Shown here: piece after piece, positions 1 through 13,087 of the stretch
How positions within the stretch are numbered: position 1 is the first letter of the stretch
Layout: each line of letters starts with the position of its first letter
Assembly: GCF_026210795.1 (NCBI RefSeq)
Contig: NC_089431.1
Span: 5,084,001 to 5,148,000 of the forward strand
From: Rhizophagus irregularis
Lineage: Eukaryota
Direction: 5' to 3'
Length of the DNA stretch: 64,000 nt
The notes under the pieces: model-generated
The model's input: the letters and a program-made list of their open reading frames with translations, nothing else
Databases searched by the model: none
Told to the model about the DNA's origin: nothing
Program-made: the position numbers and the translations under genes

Positions 1-1461
1 CAAAATTATCACAGAATTTACTTGAGATTTTAAACGATGAAGAATATTATGATATTACAATTGAAGTTGGTAACGACCCTTACGTAAAAGTATTTCGTGC
101 TCATATGGTTATTTTGAATTATCGTTCTCCTTATTTAAGAAGAATTTTATCAACAAATAAAAAGAAAAATGACGGAACTTTGACAAACATTAAATTACCA
201 AATATTTTACCTGAAATTTTTCAAATAGTTTTAAGGTAAGATAAATAAATAAAAAATAAATCTCGTTGTTCGATAATTATATATTTTTACAACTTTTTAA
301 TTATTTAATTATTTTAGGTATATTTATGGAGGAAAACTCTCATTGGAAGAATATGATATTTCAGATATCATTAAAATTTTAGTCGCTGCTAATGAGCTCA
401 GCCTTCAAGAATTAATCTCCTATTTAGAATCCTTTTTAATTGAAAATAAAAAAAATTGGATTGAACAAAATATTGACTTGATATATCAAACTAGTTTTGG
501 AAACGATTCTTTTTTAGAACTTCAAAAATATTGTACTAATTTAATTATCAAAGAACCAAATAAGATATTTAATTCGCCGAATTTCTCTTCAATCCCAGAA
601 AAATTATTAATCACGCTTATTCAAAATCATCAAATGAGTGAAATTCAAGTTTGGGAGCATGTAATTAAATGGGGATTTGCGCAAAATCCGGAACTTTCTT
701 CTGATCATACAGGCTTTTCAAAAGATGATTTTAATACTTTAAAGAAGACGTTACAAAAATGTATTCCTTTGATTAAATTCCGTAATTTAACTTCCAAAGA
801 ATTTTTGAAGAAAGTAAAACCATATAAAAAAATCTTACCGAAGGAATTATATGATGATTTGTTAGAATATTTTTTGGATAATGATTATGATCCAAATAAA
901 AAATCAGAATCTTTTACTATTAAAGAGATTAAATCAAAAAATATTGATTCTAAGATCATTTCAAATCAACATGTTGAAATAATTTCGAAATGGGTTGATA
1001 GGTTAGAAAATACGGTCAAACCAACAACTTCATATGAATTCAAATTATTATATCGTGAGTATTATGATGATGGATCTCTTAATTTATTTGATAGATTTAG
1101 AAAATTTCATTAAGTTTGTGATAATCATTCCCGAACTGTAACAATTTTTAAAGTGAAGGACAGAAATGAGATTCTTGGAGGATATAATCCGATTGAATGG
1201 AAATCTGATTTTAGTTGTGGAATTACTAAGGATAGTTTTATATTTTCTTTTAATAATGAGAATTACATTTTAAGTCGTGTAGAGAATGAAAAGAATGCTA
1301 TAATTAATAGTCCTTATTACGGTCCATCATTTGGTTTTGATCTGTATTTATTCTATAACAACAAGAAAGTCTCTTGTGATCTAAAATATTATGAAAAACA
1401 GATCAAAGTTAATAATGATAATTCATTTATTTTAGATTTTTTTGAGGTATTTCAATTGTGA
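1..1461 (+). pseudogene. BTB/POZ-BACK-TLDc gene copy 1; 5' end outside the window; in-frame premature stop
   Basis: Exon 1 (<1..235) reads KLSQNLLEILNDEEYYDITIEVGNDPYVKVFRAHMVILNYRSPYL. Intron 236..317 is GT..AG. TAA at 1111-1113 replaces the GAA of paralogs (FHE), and the same frame continues through the TLDc motifs ILGGYNPIEW, DSFIFSF, GPSFG and FEVFQL to 1461. Confidence 0.85.
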
Positions 1462-1834
1462 AGGGCTGATGATTATTAATAAATCCTCTTCATAATTTAT
1501 TTACAAAATTAGATTAGAAACAATGTAATCCATATTGAACGTGTGCCTTATTTCTATATTATTTTAACATGATCGTTAAACGTTCTATGGCGCGTAAAAA
1601 CAATGAAATTATAAATAAAGGCAAAATCGCTTGTTACGTAATTTAGATTTTGATGCCGAGAGTGTTGAGCTCGAACACGAAGACTTAACTAGACAATCAT
1701 AAAAAGTATCGAGTTTAAAGAGCTAGGTCAATGTGATAACTAACATTTTATTCCTAATTTCCTATGCCAACATAAAGGGCTGCATTTTTTAATAATATAT
1801 GCATATTATGTGCTATGATACCGCTAGTAATAAC

Positions 1835-2103
1835 GGATATAATCCGATTGAATGGAAATCTGATGGTAGTTATGGAATTACTAAAGATAGTTTTATATTT
1901 TCTTTTAAGAATAGTGATATTATTTTAAGTCGTGTAAAGGAGCATATATAATTATCCATTCGGTCCATCGTTTGGTGATCTGTTTTTACGCGTTGCTTTT
2001 CATGAAAGTTTAACTATCGCTGTAAAAAAAATTATTATAAAAAAGAGATCGAATGTTTTGATGGGCTATCTTTAGATAACATTTTGAGGTATTTCAATTG
2101 TGC
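1835..2103 (+). pseudogene. Decayed TLDc-domain fragment (partial duplicate of a BTB-TLDc 3' end)
   Basis: GYNPIEWKSDGSYGITKDSFIFSF, then ILSRVK, GPSFGDL and FEVFQL with indels; no upstream BTB exon. Confidence 0.8.
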
Positions 2104-2707
2104 AGGACCGATGATTAAATCTTAAGTCTAATATTTTTATTAATCAGATTATATAGTTATTAATTTGAAACTAGTACACTATTCATTATATTATTTTATA
2201 TTATTAAAATGGAGTTTTTGCATAAATCCCAAGGAGATTAGCTTAATGGAAGAGGGGTGCCTTACAAGCATGCGAATAAATATCAGAAGTGTACAATTAG
2301 AGAATATATCTCATTGCTTAATTCAATTGATTCAATAACTTAGCAATAACTTAATAAAAATAATATATTTTCTATTCATATTATCCAAATATTTTAATGT
2401 ATCAGCACGAATTATTATACATAGATACAGTTTTTGAAATCTAAAATATATGATCGTGTAAATGTATGACAATCATACTTTCAAAATTAAAACTCACGCA
2501 TAAGAAGTTAAGAAGCAGGTATAAAATTTTTATGATGACATTTTAAAAAACTATTATAATTCTGCATTAATAATTCATTAATTCCTTTATTTGTCAAAAT
2601 TTTTATTTTTCATTTTTTCATTTTTTTTTTTTTTGATGAAAATCAAAGAAAAGTTAATCAAAACAATCATCATGAAAAATTTCTTAATGGGCTTTACCAA
2701 CTAGCCA

Positions 2708-2848
2708 CAGTATATACATTGTGGCGTAATTATTTCAGATAATTCGACATTAAGGCGGCGTATATTACACCAAATTTTTGTTCTAAAGGTGTAATGCCGA
2801 ATTGGTGTAATGTGTCGTAATATTTCGGCGCCTAATTTATCTCACTGT
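2708..2848. repeat. Dispersed repeat, probably a MITE remnant; second copy inverted at about 57310-57462
   Basis: The reverse complement (atattacgacacattacaccaattcggcattac...aacaaaaatttggtgtaatata...tgaaataattacgcc) closely matches 57319-57450. Confidence 0.6.
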
Positions 2849-3435
2849 ATAGCTACAGCAGGTTTGCTCTTTATTCCAAAGCATTAACTATTGACTCATT
2901 TTATTAATTTTAATATTAATAAATTAATAAATTATTTAATCGCTAATCGTCGTTTGTACCATAGTATATACAAAATTACAAGTTTAGGTACATTTGTCCA
3001 CCCATAATAAATTTATTCCATTTTTTTATTTCATGTTATTTCCATGAATTTATCATACTACGGTATTCACGAAGTTTTTACAGAAATTACAGTGAAATTT
3101 TTTTACGGGGTTGAACTGGATTGCGTTTCGAATGCACTTTATTAACATTTTTTATTAGTTGTCCAATAGTGAGCCAGATAAATTTATTATTATTATTATT
3201 ATATTTTTAAAAGCAGTTTTATTATATTTGCTAAATCATTAATAATGCCGCCCAAATACAGAATTTTGAGATATTGTATAAAAACCTACAAATTAGTAAT
3301 AATTCTGAAATAAAATTAAAATAAAATGACAAATAAAAATAAAAAATATTATACTCCATTAAAATATATTCAGAGATTTTTTAAACTCTTGATTATTTAC
3401 ATATGAATCACGAAAAGAAATGAATATACAGTATC

Positions 3436-4954
3436 TCAAATTATTTGAAATACTTCAAACTCTAAAGATAATGCATCATAGCTTTTTATGATCTGTTTTT
3501 CATAATACTTTTTCTTACAAAGGATTTTTAAACCTCCACCAAAAGTTGTACATAAATAGAGATCTCCATGACCAAATGATGGACCATTATAAACGTCATT
3601 ATATATAGCTTTCGTTTCATTATTTACACGACTTAAAATATAATTTTCAGTACTATCATTACTAAAAGAAAATACAAAACTATCTTTAGTAATGCCATAA
3701 CTACCATCAAATTTCCATTCAATAGGATTATATCCTCCAAGAACCTCTTTACTATCTTTCACTTTAATAATTGTCACAGTACGACTTTGATTTTTACAAA
3801 CTTCATGGAACTTTTTAAACCTATGAAGCAATCCACCAGATCCATCACGAGATGTCGCATCACGAGATTCACGATATAATAATTTGAATTCGTATGGAAT
3901 TGTTAATTTGTCTGTAGCCTCCAATTTATCAATCCACTTTGAGATTAATAAAGCATGTTGAAATTTGATGATTTTAGAATCAATATTTTTTGCTTTAACG
4001 TTAATCTCTTTAACAACAAGAGGTCCAGATTTTTTAATCGGGCTATTATCATTGTCCAAAAAATATTCTAATAAACCTTTGTATAATTCTTTTGGTAAAA
4101 TTTTTTTGTAAGGTAAAACTTTTTTCGAGAATTCTTTCGAAGTTATATTCCGAAATTTAATTAAAGGAATACATTGTTGTAAAGTATTCTTTAAAACATT
4201 AAAATCATCCTTTGAATAACTTGTAGGATCAGAAGGAAGGTCCGGATTTTGTGCACATCCCCATTCGATCACACGCTCCCAAACTTGAATTTCGCTCATT
4301 TGATTATTTTCATTCTGAATAATCGTGATCAAAAGTTTTTCCGGAATTAAAGAAAAATTTAGGGAATTAAAAATCTTATTTGGTTCTTTTGAAATTAAAT
4401 CAGTACAATATTTTTGAAGTTCCATAAAAGAATCAGATTTAAAACATGTTTGATATATCAAATCAAAATTTTCTTCCATCCAATTTGAATTGTTTTTAAT
4501 TAAAAAGGATTCTAAATATGGAATTAATTCCTGAAGACCAAGATTATCGGCAGCAACCAAAATTTTAATGATATCTGAAGCACCACATTCTTCTAATGAA
4601 AGTTCTCCTACATAAATATATCTGAGAAAAATTATACGTTTGTAAATTAGATAAATATTTATGTATAGCGTAAATAAATAAAAATATAAATCTTTCGTAC
4701 CTTAATAATATATGAAAACTTTCAGGTGAAATATTTGATAATTTAATATGTGTCGAGGTTCCATCGTTTTTATTATTAGTTGATAAAATTCTTTTCAAAT
4801 AAGGAGAACGATAATTTAAAATAACTCTATGACTGTGAAATACTTTTGCATAAGGGCCACTACCAACTTCAATTGAAACATCATAATATTCTTTATCATC
4901 CAAAATTTCAAGTAAATTTTGTGTTAACTTTGACAAAAATTTATTATCAATCAT
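3436..4954 (-). CDS. BTB/POZ-BACK-TLDc protein, copy 2 (intact)
   Basis: Exons 4954..4701 and 4621..3436, with intron 4700..4622 (GT..AG). Splicing gives LLR/YIYVGELSLEE in frame with the 374-aa ORF. BACK motif EIQVWERVIEWG; TLDc motifs LGGYNPIEW and GPSFG. Confidence 0.92.
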
Positions 4955-7133
4955 TATAATTTTTTTTTTTAAAAAAAAAATAGGATAAAAAGGAATAAAG
5001 AATAAAGAATGTAAAGAATGGGAATTCTAATCCTAGTTTGATAGTCAAAACATCATATTACGTCATATTGCCGATCATAAGATTATTTTGGTTGATCCCG
5101 AACATTATTTACTTGAATTCAAACAAGAAATTTAAGTATTTACTGTGACTCAATTACTAAACTTCATTTAATTAGAGCACATGCAATTTTTATAAATAGC
5201 TGATCTTCCTTTAATAAAATAACGATTATGAATACGAAATGGAAGCGAATTGATTGAAAAATTATTCTAATTTCAGATTATTTGAAGAATTCCAAGGAAT
5301 ATATTCGATAATTTATTAAGCATCAATCATTCTTTTTTATAAATTAATGTTCTTGATTTAAGTATCAGTAATTATCGATCGACCAATTTTAACCCCACAA
5401 GTTTAAAGAAGGTTAGATAGATCATTAATTGATCAATAATTTAGTCCTGGATTTGCTATATTTATCCCTCCATTCCCTTCCTTCGACTTTAAATTTTTTT
5501 TTTTACGGAAAAGACGTTATTCATTGCCCGTTTCAATATCTTCAAATGAAAATTTTATAACCATTGACTGTAAACTATGACGAATAACGCACTCCTTAGT
5601 CCTTACCTAATCGATAGGAGACAAGAACGGTTATTATCATTACCATTATGATTTATTTTTTATTTTTACTGGAAAAAAATCGAATATTATACCCATTAAC
5701 ACACATGACGCATAGAAAGGTTTGATAATATCTTAGAATTAATAGATTATTTGAGATGTGATACTGCAGTCTCTGATAAATTTGACATTATGGGGATAAA
5801 ATCCATGAAAATTATCTGTTGACTCCGATTCATCTAAAAGAGGCGGATACGCTTGTACAAACAATAAAGGGGTTCATTATACAATTCAAAAAGAGATGTA
5901 GCGGGTTTACAAAAAGAGATTAATTTATAACGTTAATTACGAAATGCAGCAAAGCAAAAGAGATTAGCATTCTGATGCAACAGACCACACTTCTAATCTA
6001 AAAGGTTAGCCATTTGAATTCCGTATGATAATTGCATGATAATAGCATGAATATGGTTAATACCGGAGTTCTTTCTCCTTCAGAGTGTTCCACGAGACGA
6101 CTCATTTTTTAATAGAAGCCATTAAGAGACGACAATCAAATTTCTTCCTAAGTAGACTTTCATTTACGTTGATTGCTTATCTGAACTATTCCTTAGTATA
6201 ATATATTTAGAAGGGATCTAAGAGTCATTACTAGTAAGTGTTTAAACCTACTTGTTTACTTTTATTATATTGTATTAATTGCGATTATTCATCTTTAGAT
6301 GCAGATAATATTTTCGTCAAATACAAAGATGGGAAAGTTATAGATCCGATTCAAGAATTTCCTCCGTTGAGAATTTAGTGAGCATTGTTTTCGTTTATGT
6401 GTCATTTATAACCCGAAAAAAATACTAAGCCACAGAATATTAGCATTATCGAAAATCAAAAAGAAATAACTCTTGTTGTAAACGGAAACGATACAACTCG
6501 CTGGGTAGTGCACAGTTGAAGTGAGTTTAGAATTTCAGAAAGATATTTCATCGGTCTTAGAAGATTCTTCGGAGACTTGATTTCTGATGCTTCGCACCCC
6601 CGAAGGAGTGAATCTGTTTATTAAATGTTTGCGAAAGGTCGGTATTGCTTGTATTACTAGATTTTATGTAACGCTACGAGTTATTCCTTGTTCCAAATTG
6701 TCACAAATATTGATGTCTATCTTTATTACTTACTAGGAAACTGTCTTATAGTTAGACTTCTTAGCTATATTTTTGACATAAACTACTATAATTGTACTGG
6801 TCTGAAATAGTTGGATGAAAATGAATTAAACATATTAAAATATTGTTTATAACCAATAAAATTTCATTCTGTTATAATAACGTTCTCACGAAAAATTATT
6901 TGTGTTACTTTATTCTGATGTATAGATGATGAATTAGATGCCCAATGGCAACATCCCAACTCTGTCAAATATTTGTATTTAATGAATAACAACAAACGTT
7001 AATAACCACATGATAATGTGAGCGAAGCTCAGTTCCACTAAATATGAATGTAAAAAAATAGGTCCGACTAAAGACCACATCGTGCCTAGTTTGGTACCGT
7101 AATCATCTAACTATAAAAATATTCTTCATTTTT

Positions 7134-8606
7134 TTACGAATATAGATAAGGAGGTATAAGAGGTATTGGTGACGAAAGACGAGCAGTAATTTTGACTTGA
7201 GAAGACATTTCGTTATCGGTAAAATAAGTAGAAATCTTATTTTCTTTTCCCATGTGTGTAGTACCATCCTTATAGAAAGAAACAAGAGGTGCAAAATCAA
7301 CATAATTTTCAAGCGCTTTAACCTTTTCATTTCTGCGAATTGAAACCATTTTGAAATGAGGAATATTTAAAGAAAATATCATTAATGTAGGTGGAGGTAA
7401 TTTGAGCTCAATGGAGATTTTTCTATTTTCTTGACGCTCTCTTTCTTGGCGCTCGTTTTCTAGACGCTCTTTTTCTTCTTTTTCTTTTTTTCGACGCTCT
7501 TTTTCCTTTTTTTGCCGCATTTCTTCTTTTTGTCGCATTAAATCAAGTTCTCTTCTTAAATCCTCTTCTCGTCTCTCTTGAGCCTTTCTCGCTTGTTCCA
7601 TTGTATCCAATATTTGCCTATGCCGTATGTCAGAATCTTGTCTCATTTGGTCAATCTGACGTTGATGAGCCATTTCAGCCTCTCTTCTTGCATCATCCTT
7701 TAATTTCTCATCGTATTTTCGTTGTGCTTTTTTTCATCCTCTTCTTTTCGACGTTTCTCTTCTGCTTGTTCCCGTAGGTTATTCTCAAGTTGAGTAGTGG
7801 TATAAACTCCTCGATACTGCTGATTAAATTCTTGATTTCCCTTAATCGTTCTCTATGAGTTTTTCCATCAGGAGAAAATTTATCAGGATCGGGAGAGATT
7901 CCCCAACGGTTTCCAATGCTTTGAATAAAGAACGAACAGAGTGATTCCAATCTCTTTGCATTATTTTTCTATCATCAGTCTGTGCTTGCATGAGAAAAAA
8001 CTGATATGATGTTATTTGTTGCATCTTTTCCTAAAAACGTTCTTATTTCGTTTAAAACGTTCCTTTGTTCATCAGTAAACCTTCTGGCTTCTATAAAGTT
8101 CGAAGTTTGATTAATTATAAAACCCCACGTAATTATAAAAAAGTAGATTGTTTCATAAAGATTACATACTATACACAATAAGGATAGCCTTAACCCCATG
8201 AGCACATTTATTGATAGTCTTGGCAATTTGATTAAGTACTGGTATTGTACCTTGCTGAGTGTCAAAAATTCCAGGCGTGTCAACGATGTTATATGGTACG
8301 CCGTCAATTGATATTGTTGCTACGGTACACTCTTTTGTGACAGAATCCTATATTTTCATCGTTACTTACTCTTGAATATGAATATACGATTAATTTAACA
8401 GAAAAACATAGCACTTACCATTTGTGCAGAGGTATGGAAAGGTCCATTATCATGTGGTGCCCCAACAAGTAAATTTCCAAGAGTGCTTTTTCCCGCACCT
8501 AATATGTTTTTTTTAATTAGGAGTAAGAAAAGTACGAAGAAGAAAACAAATGTTTACCTGTTTTTCCTATTAAGAGAACAACTGGATTATTAACGTTAAG
8601 TTCCAT
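7134..8606 (-). pseudogene. AIG1/GIMAP-like P-loop GTPase with coiled coil and C-terminal domain; about 4 frameshifts (pseudogene or assembly errors)
   Basis: Spliced exons 8606..8558, 8498..8419, 8347..~8171 and ~8091 onward read MELNVNNPVVLLIGKTGAGKSTLGNLL...DSVTKEC...IVDTPGIFDT...HGVKAILIV..RRFTDEQ...SVFSHA, matching G1, G2, G3 and the AIG1 conserved box. Reading frames shift between about 7990 and 7730, then lead into the E/R/K-rich coiled coil of ORF 7134..7673. Confidence 0.85.
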
Positions 8607-9741
8607 ACTACAGTAAATTACGGATGGAAGAAAAATTCAGGGTTCTTTTAAGGAGGATTTGTATTGTGATTTATTGCTTGAAATGGTATGGTTGCAAAAC
8701 ATTTGTTCACAGTCCGTGCAACTATGTGTAACTGGGCCTAAGCCTACATATGCACTCTATGCACTCATTTATTGCCTATTTATTCCACGACTCTAACTTA
8801 TGTTACTTTTTTTTTATCAAATATTCACATGATCACAATTATCTGCATATTCGCTAATCTTTAATGTCGATGACCAAGACATTTATGTTAAATAAAAGAA
8901 TTAGAATATATCATAGAATGGCCTTTATCGAGTTTATAAAAGAAAGAGGACTTGGGCTGGACGGAATGCTATTCAATATTCTCCATGGTAAAAAAATTCT
9001 TATCATATCTTCTTTAAAACGACCAAAGAATAGCTTGTAAAACACCATAAAAGAAATAGTACTGCGGAAAAAACGTGAATAACAATCGGAATAATTATTT
9101 AACCGTCAATCCGAAACCATACCGAAATGGTCATACAATGAATTTTACGAGGCTGTGACCCATGGCTATAGGACTGCGCATATACACGCAGTAAAAAAAT
9201 TGGAATGAGCGTCACATCCTCTTTTTTACAAAAAACATTTATTTTGGAAACAGGAATATGGATTAATTATTGCAACGATTATCAGTTAGAGTTAAATGCC
9301 TGGCGTATTCATCAGTCGGAAACTGCTCTAAGATCACATATATAATAATTTATATTATAAACGATGAATAAAATAGTGAATTATGAGAACGTGACATTAC
9401 CCTTTTAAGGACACTTGTATTTTCCGAGAGAATATACTGTAAATACCATGACTATTTTTGGAAACATGTTTCTTTAGGAGTAATAAAAATATCAGTTTAG
9501 GCAGTGTCTGTACACATATGACATAGTATATAAATAAAATTTTAATTTTTTTTTTATTGCTTAATAAAATATACAAAATATAATACAAATAAAATATAAT
9601 TTCATAATTTAATATTTAAATAATTAGGAAATATTGAAATAGATACTATATGAATAATCTTTCAGTTTGAATCAACGAAATGCTTAAATACTTTATTACT
9701 AAAACCTTTGCTAATTTTTTAGAATTTTTAAAATATTAATA

Positions 9742-11279
9742 TTAAATGATTTGAAACACTTCAACTTCTGAAAAACATGAATCATTAATTTCAATTTCTT
9801 TAATTTGTCTTTCATAAGAATTTTTTCTACAACGAATTCTTAATTCACCAAAATTATTTGGATGATTTTGATATAAATATAAATCACCATCACCAAATGA
9901 AGGACCAATATCATAAAAAGAACTATTAAATATAGCTTTCTTTTCATTCTTTACATGACTTAAAATATAATCATCAATACCATCATTATTAAAAGAGAAT
10001 ATGAAACTATTTTTAGTAATACCATAACTACTATCAGATTTCCATTCAATAGGATTATATCCTCCAAGAATATCTTTACTACCTTTCACTTTAATAATTA
10101 CTATAGTACGAGATTGATTATTACAAATTTCATGAAATTTTTTAAATCTACTAAATAATCCACTGGACCAATCACGAGAATCACGATATAATAATTTGAA
10201 TTCATATGAAGTTGTTAATTTTTCTAATTCATTAATCCATTTTGAAATTAATTCAGCTTGTTGAAATGTAATAATTTTAGAATCAATATCTTTTAATTTG
10301 ATTTCTTTAGTTACTATGATAGGTTCTGATTCTTTAACTGGATCGTTACTATCACTATCATTATCCAAAAAGTAATTTAATAAATCTTTATATAATAACT
10401 TTGGTAAAATTTTTTTATAAGGTAATACTTTCTTTAAAAATTCCCTTGAAGTTAAATTATAAAATTTAATAAAAGGAATACATTGTTGTAAGGTATTCTT
10501 TAAAGTATTAAAATCATCTTTTGAAAAATTTGTAGGATTAGAAGGAAGATCTAGATTTTGTGCAAGTCCCCATTCGATCACACGCTCCCAAACTTGAATT
10601 TCACTCAATTGAAGATTTTCATTCTGAATTATCGTGATTAAAAGTTTTTCTGGAATTGAAAAGAAATTTAGAGAATTGAATATTTTGATTGGTTCTTTTG
10701 AAATTAAATCAGTACAATATTTTTGAAGTTTCGAGAAAGAATCGTTCTCAAAGCTTGATTTGTATATCAGATCAAAATTCTGTTCCATCCAATCTTTTTT
10801 ATTTTCAATTAAAAAGGATTCCAAATAGGGGATCAACTCCTGAAGGTTAAGTTCATTGGCAGCAACCAAAATTTTAATTATGTCTGAAGCATCATATTCT
10901 TCCAAAGAAAGTTTTCCTCCGTAAATATATCTGAAGAAAATTAAACGTTTGTAATTAAAAAAAAAAATTATATATATATATATAAATATTTTTATATTTT
11001 AGAGAAAGAAAATAAAATATACCTTAATAATACATGAAAAATTTCAGGTGAAATATTTGATAATTTAATATGCATCAAAGTTCCATCATTATTATTTTCG
11101 ATCATTGATAAAATTCTTCTCAAATAAGGAGAACGATAATTTAAAATAATCATATGAGCATGAAATGTTTTAATATAAGGGTCATTACCGACTTCAATTG
11201 TAATATCATAATATTTTTCATCGTCTAAAATTTCGATTAAATTTTGTGATAACTTTGATAAAAATTTATTATCAACCAT
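9742..11279 (-). CDS. BTB/POZ-BACK-TLDc protein, copy 3 (intact)
   Basis: Exons 11279..11023 and 10930..9742 with a GT..AG intron at the conserved position; complete TLDc ending EVEVFQII. Confidence 0.92.
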
Positions 11280-12324
11280 TTATATAATTTTTGAAGATGA
11301 TATTTTTTTTTTTCAAAATAAAAAAAAAAGAAATTTTCATCCCAATTTGTAGTTAGTAAAACCTTTAAGTTATTATGTAAACATATACAGTATGTTTGTC
11401 TAGATGCAGATTATCTTAATACGGTAAATTTGGGCAACACTTATTGTTGATCTGGTGATCCAAACAAAAAGTTTAGAATAGTTAGATTATACTGTAAAAG
11501 TATTCTTAATTTATGGCTTGCATTAAAATATAATGCCTGCGCATTCTTTCTATTCTTTATTTGATTAGTGGCTTCGTTTAAATTAGATAATTTGTGAGTA
11601 GCCAGTGGCAACGGGTAAAACATAGTCCCGATTATTTGCTCATAATTTTGATGACTTTGAGTCTCCAATCAATAAGAGCCTAATAATATTTCTTTCGTCT
11701 CTTTTATAAAAATCAAAATTGTTGGTACTGGTATAGCAACAGTATAATTGATAAATGATGAGATATAAATTTATTTTTTTTGTGCTTATTCAAATGAACA
11801 CATGACTAATTTGACAACCGTAATTTTGTCATACCATAAACAACCGAAAATTTACGTATGATCTAAACGTTATTTCCCCGTCCATTGTATTATTATACTA
11901 AAACTTTAAAATTAAATTTTCGAACAACAAAAATATATGAGAAGAAAAATTTCTACTATTAACGGATAAATTTTATTGTTATTGAAAATTAGATTTTTAT
12001 TAGAAAGAGAAAGTTACAACCTTTTTGACACATTAAAAAAATATTTTATTCATTAAGATTAATGGATAAGCTGAGTTAAAAATGTGGTCTCTAATCTAAA
12101 AAAGACTTTAATAAGTTATTGGTAGAAATAAATTTTTGCAATATAATACAAACAGAAAATTTTAGAAGTAATATCAGATAATAATTAAAACCAGCAAGAC
12201 AAAAATGAAGTGTGATTAAGTTTTACCACTTAAATTATAATATTTAATGTTGACAAAAAACTAAAAGTTTCGATGCTTGATAATTATATTATGTAATAAT
12301 TCAACCAGAGTTCTACTTAAAATT

Positions 12325-12545
12325 ATGACGATTGAAAATAAACTTTTGTCAAAAATTAAACCGAAATTAAACCGAAATTTTATATGACAAATTGAAGTTG
12401 GTAATGATCCTTATATTAAAATATTTCATTATTTTAAATTATATGTTCTCCTTATTTGAGAAGAATTTATCAATGAACAAAAACAATAATGAAGCTTTGA
12501 TGCATATTAAATTATAAATGTTTCACCGGAAATTTTTATTTATGA
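12325..12545 (+). pseudogene. Decayed BTB exon-1 fragment
   Basis: Contains attgaagttggtaatgatccttatattaaaatatttcat (IEVGNDPYIKIFH), tctccttatttgagaaga (SPYLRR) and tcaccggaaattttt, with several indels. Confidence 0.8.
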
Positions 12546-13087
12546 AAGATTTTACATTTTATTTTATTTTATTTTTTTCTTTTTCTCAAAAATATGCAAT
12601 GCGTCCGACTTTAGTAAATCATCGTCTATTATCATTACATAAAATATATCTTCATATGAATATATGAACAGAAATAACTGCCCAGTGAATTCTTATTTAA
12701 TAAATTAAATGTTTTAAACAATGTTACGATTATTAAAGTGATAGGCAATCAAGTAAACGAAAAGATTTATATACAGTGAAATAAATGCAAATGTATACAA
12801 TGTTACATAGCCCACGTCAAATGTATCAATCGCACAAGTTGCACGATTCGAAAGATATAAAGCATGAAAACAATCTAAAGGTTAACCAACGATTAATATT
12901 ATTATTTATATGGTCGAAAATATTTAGTTAAATGTTTGTGGAACGTATGATCTGTTGCACATCTCTAACCTGCATTAAAGTTACTTTACGGAGGTAATTT
13001 TAACCGGTCAATGGTTAAACAAGTGTGTTCGAAAAAAAAAAAAAAGTTTGCACAAATTATTTCTCATATCTTCCTTTCAAGATTAAA

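Noticed and set aside
4565..4954. Separate short BTB-only genes suggested by the ORF track
   Set aside because: They are first exons reading into the conserved intron; splicing joins them to the BACK-TLDc exon.
7015..7092. Hairpin gagcgaagctc as a Helitron 3' end
   Set aside because: No CTAG at the expected distance and no matching 5' end.
11441..11668. 75-aa ORF upstream of copy 3
   Set aside because: No motif recognised; it may be a TE fragment but I cannot support a call.
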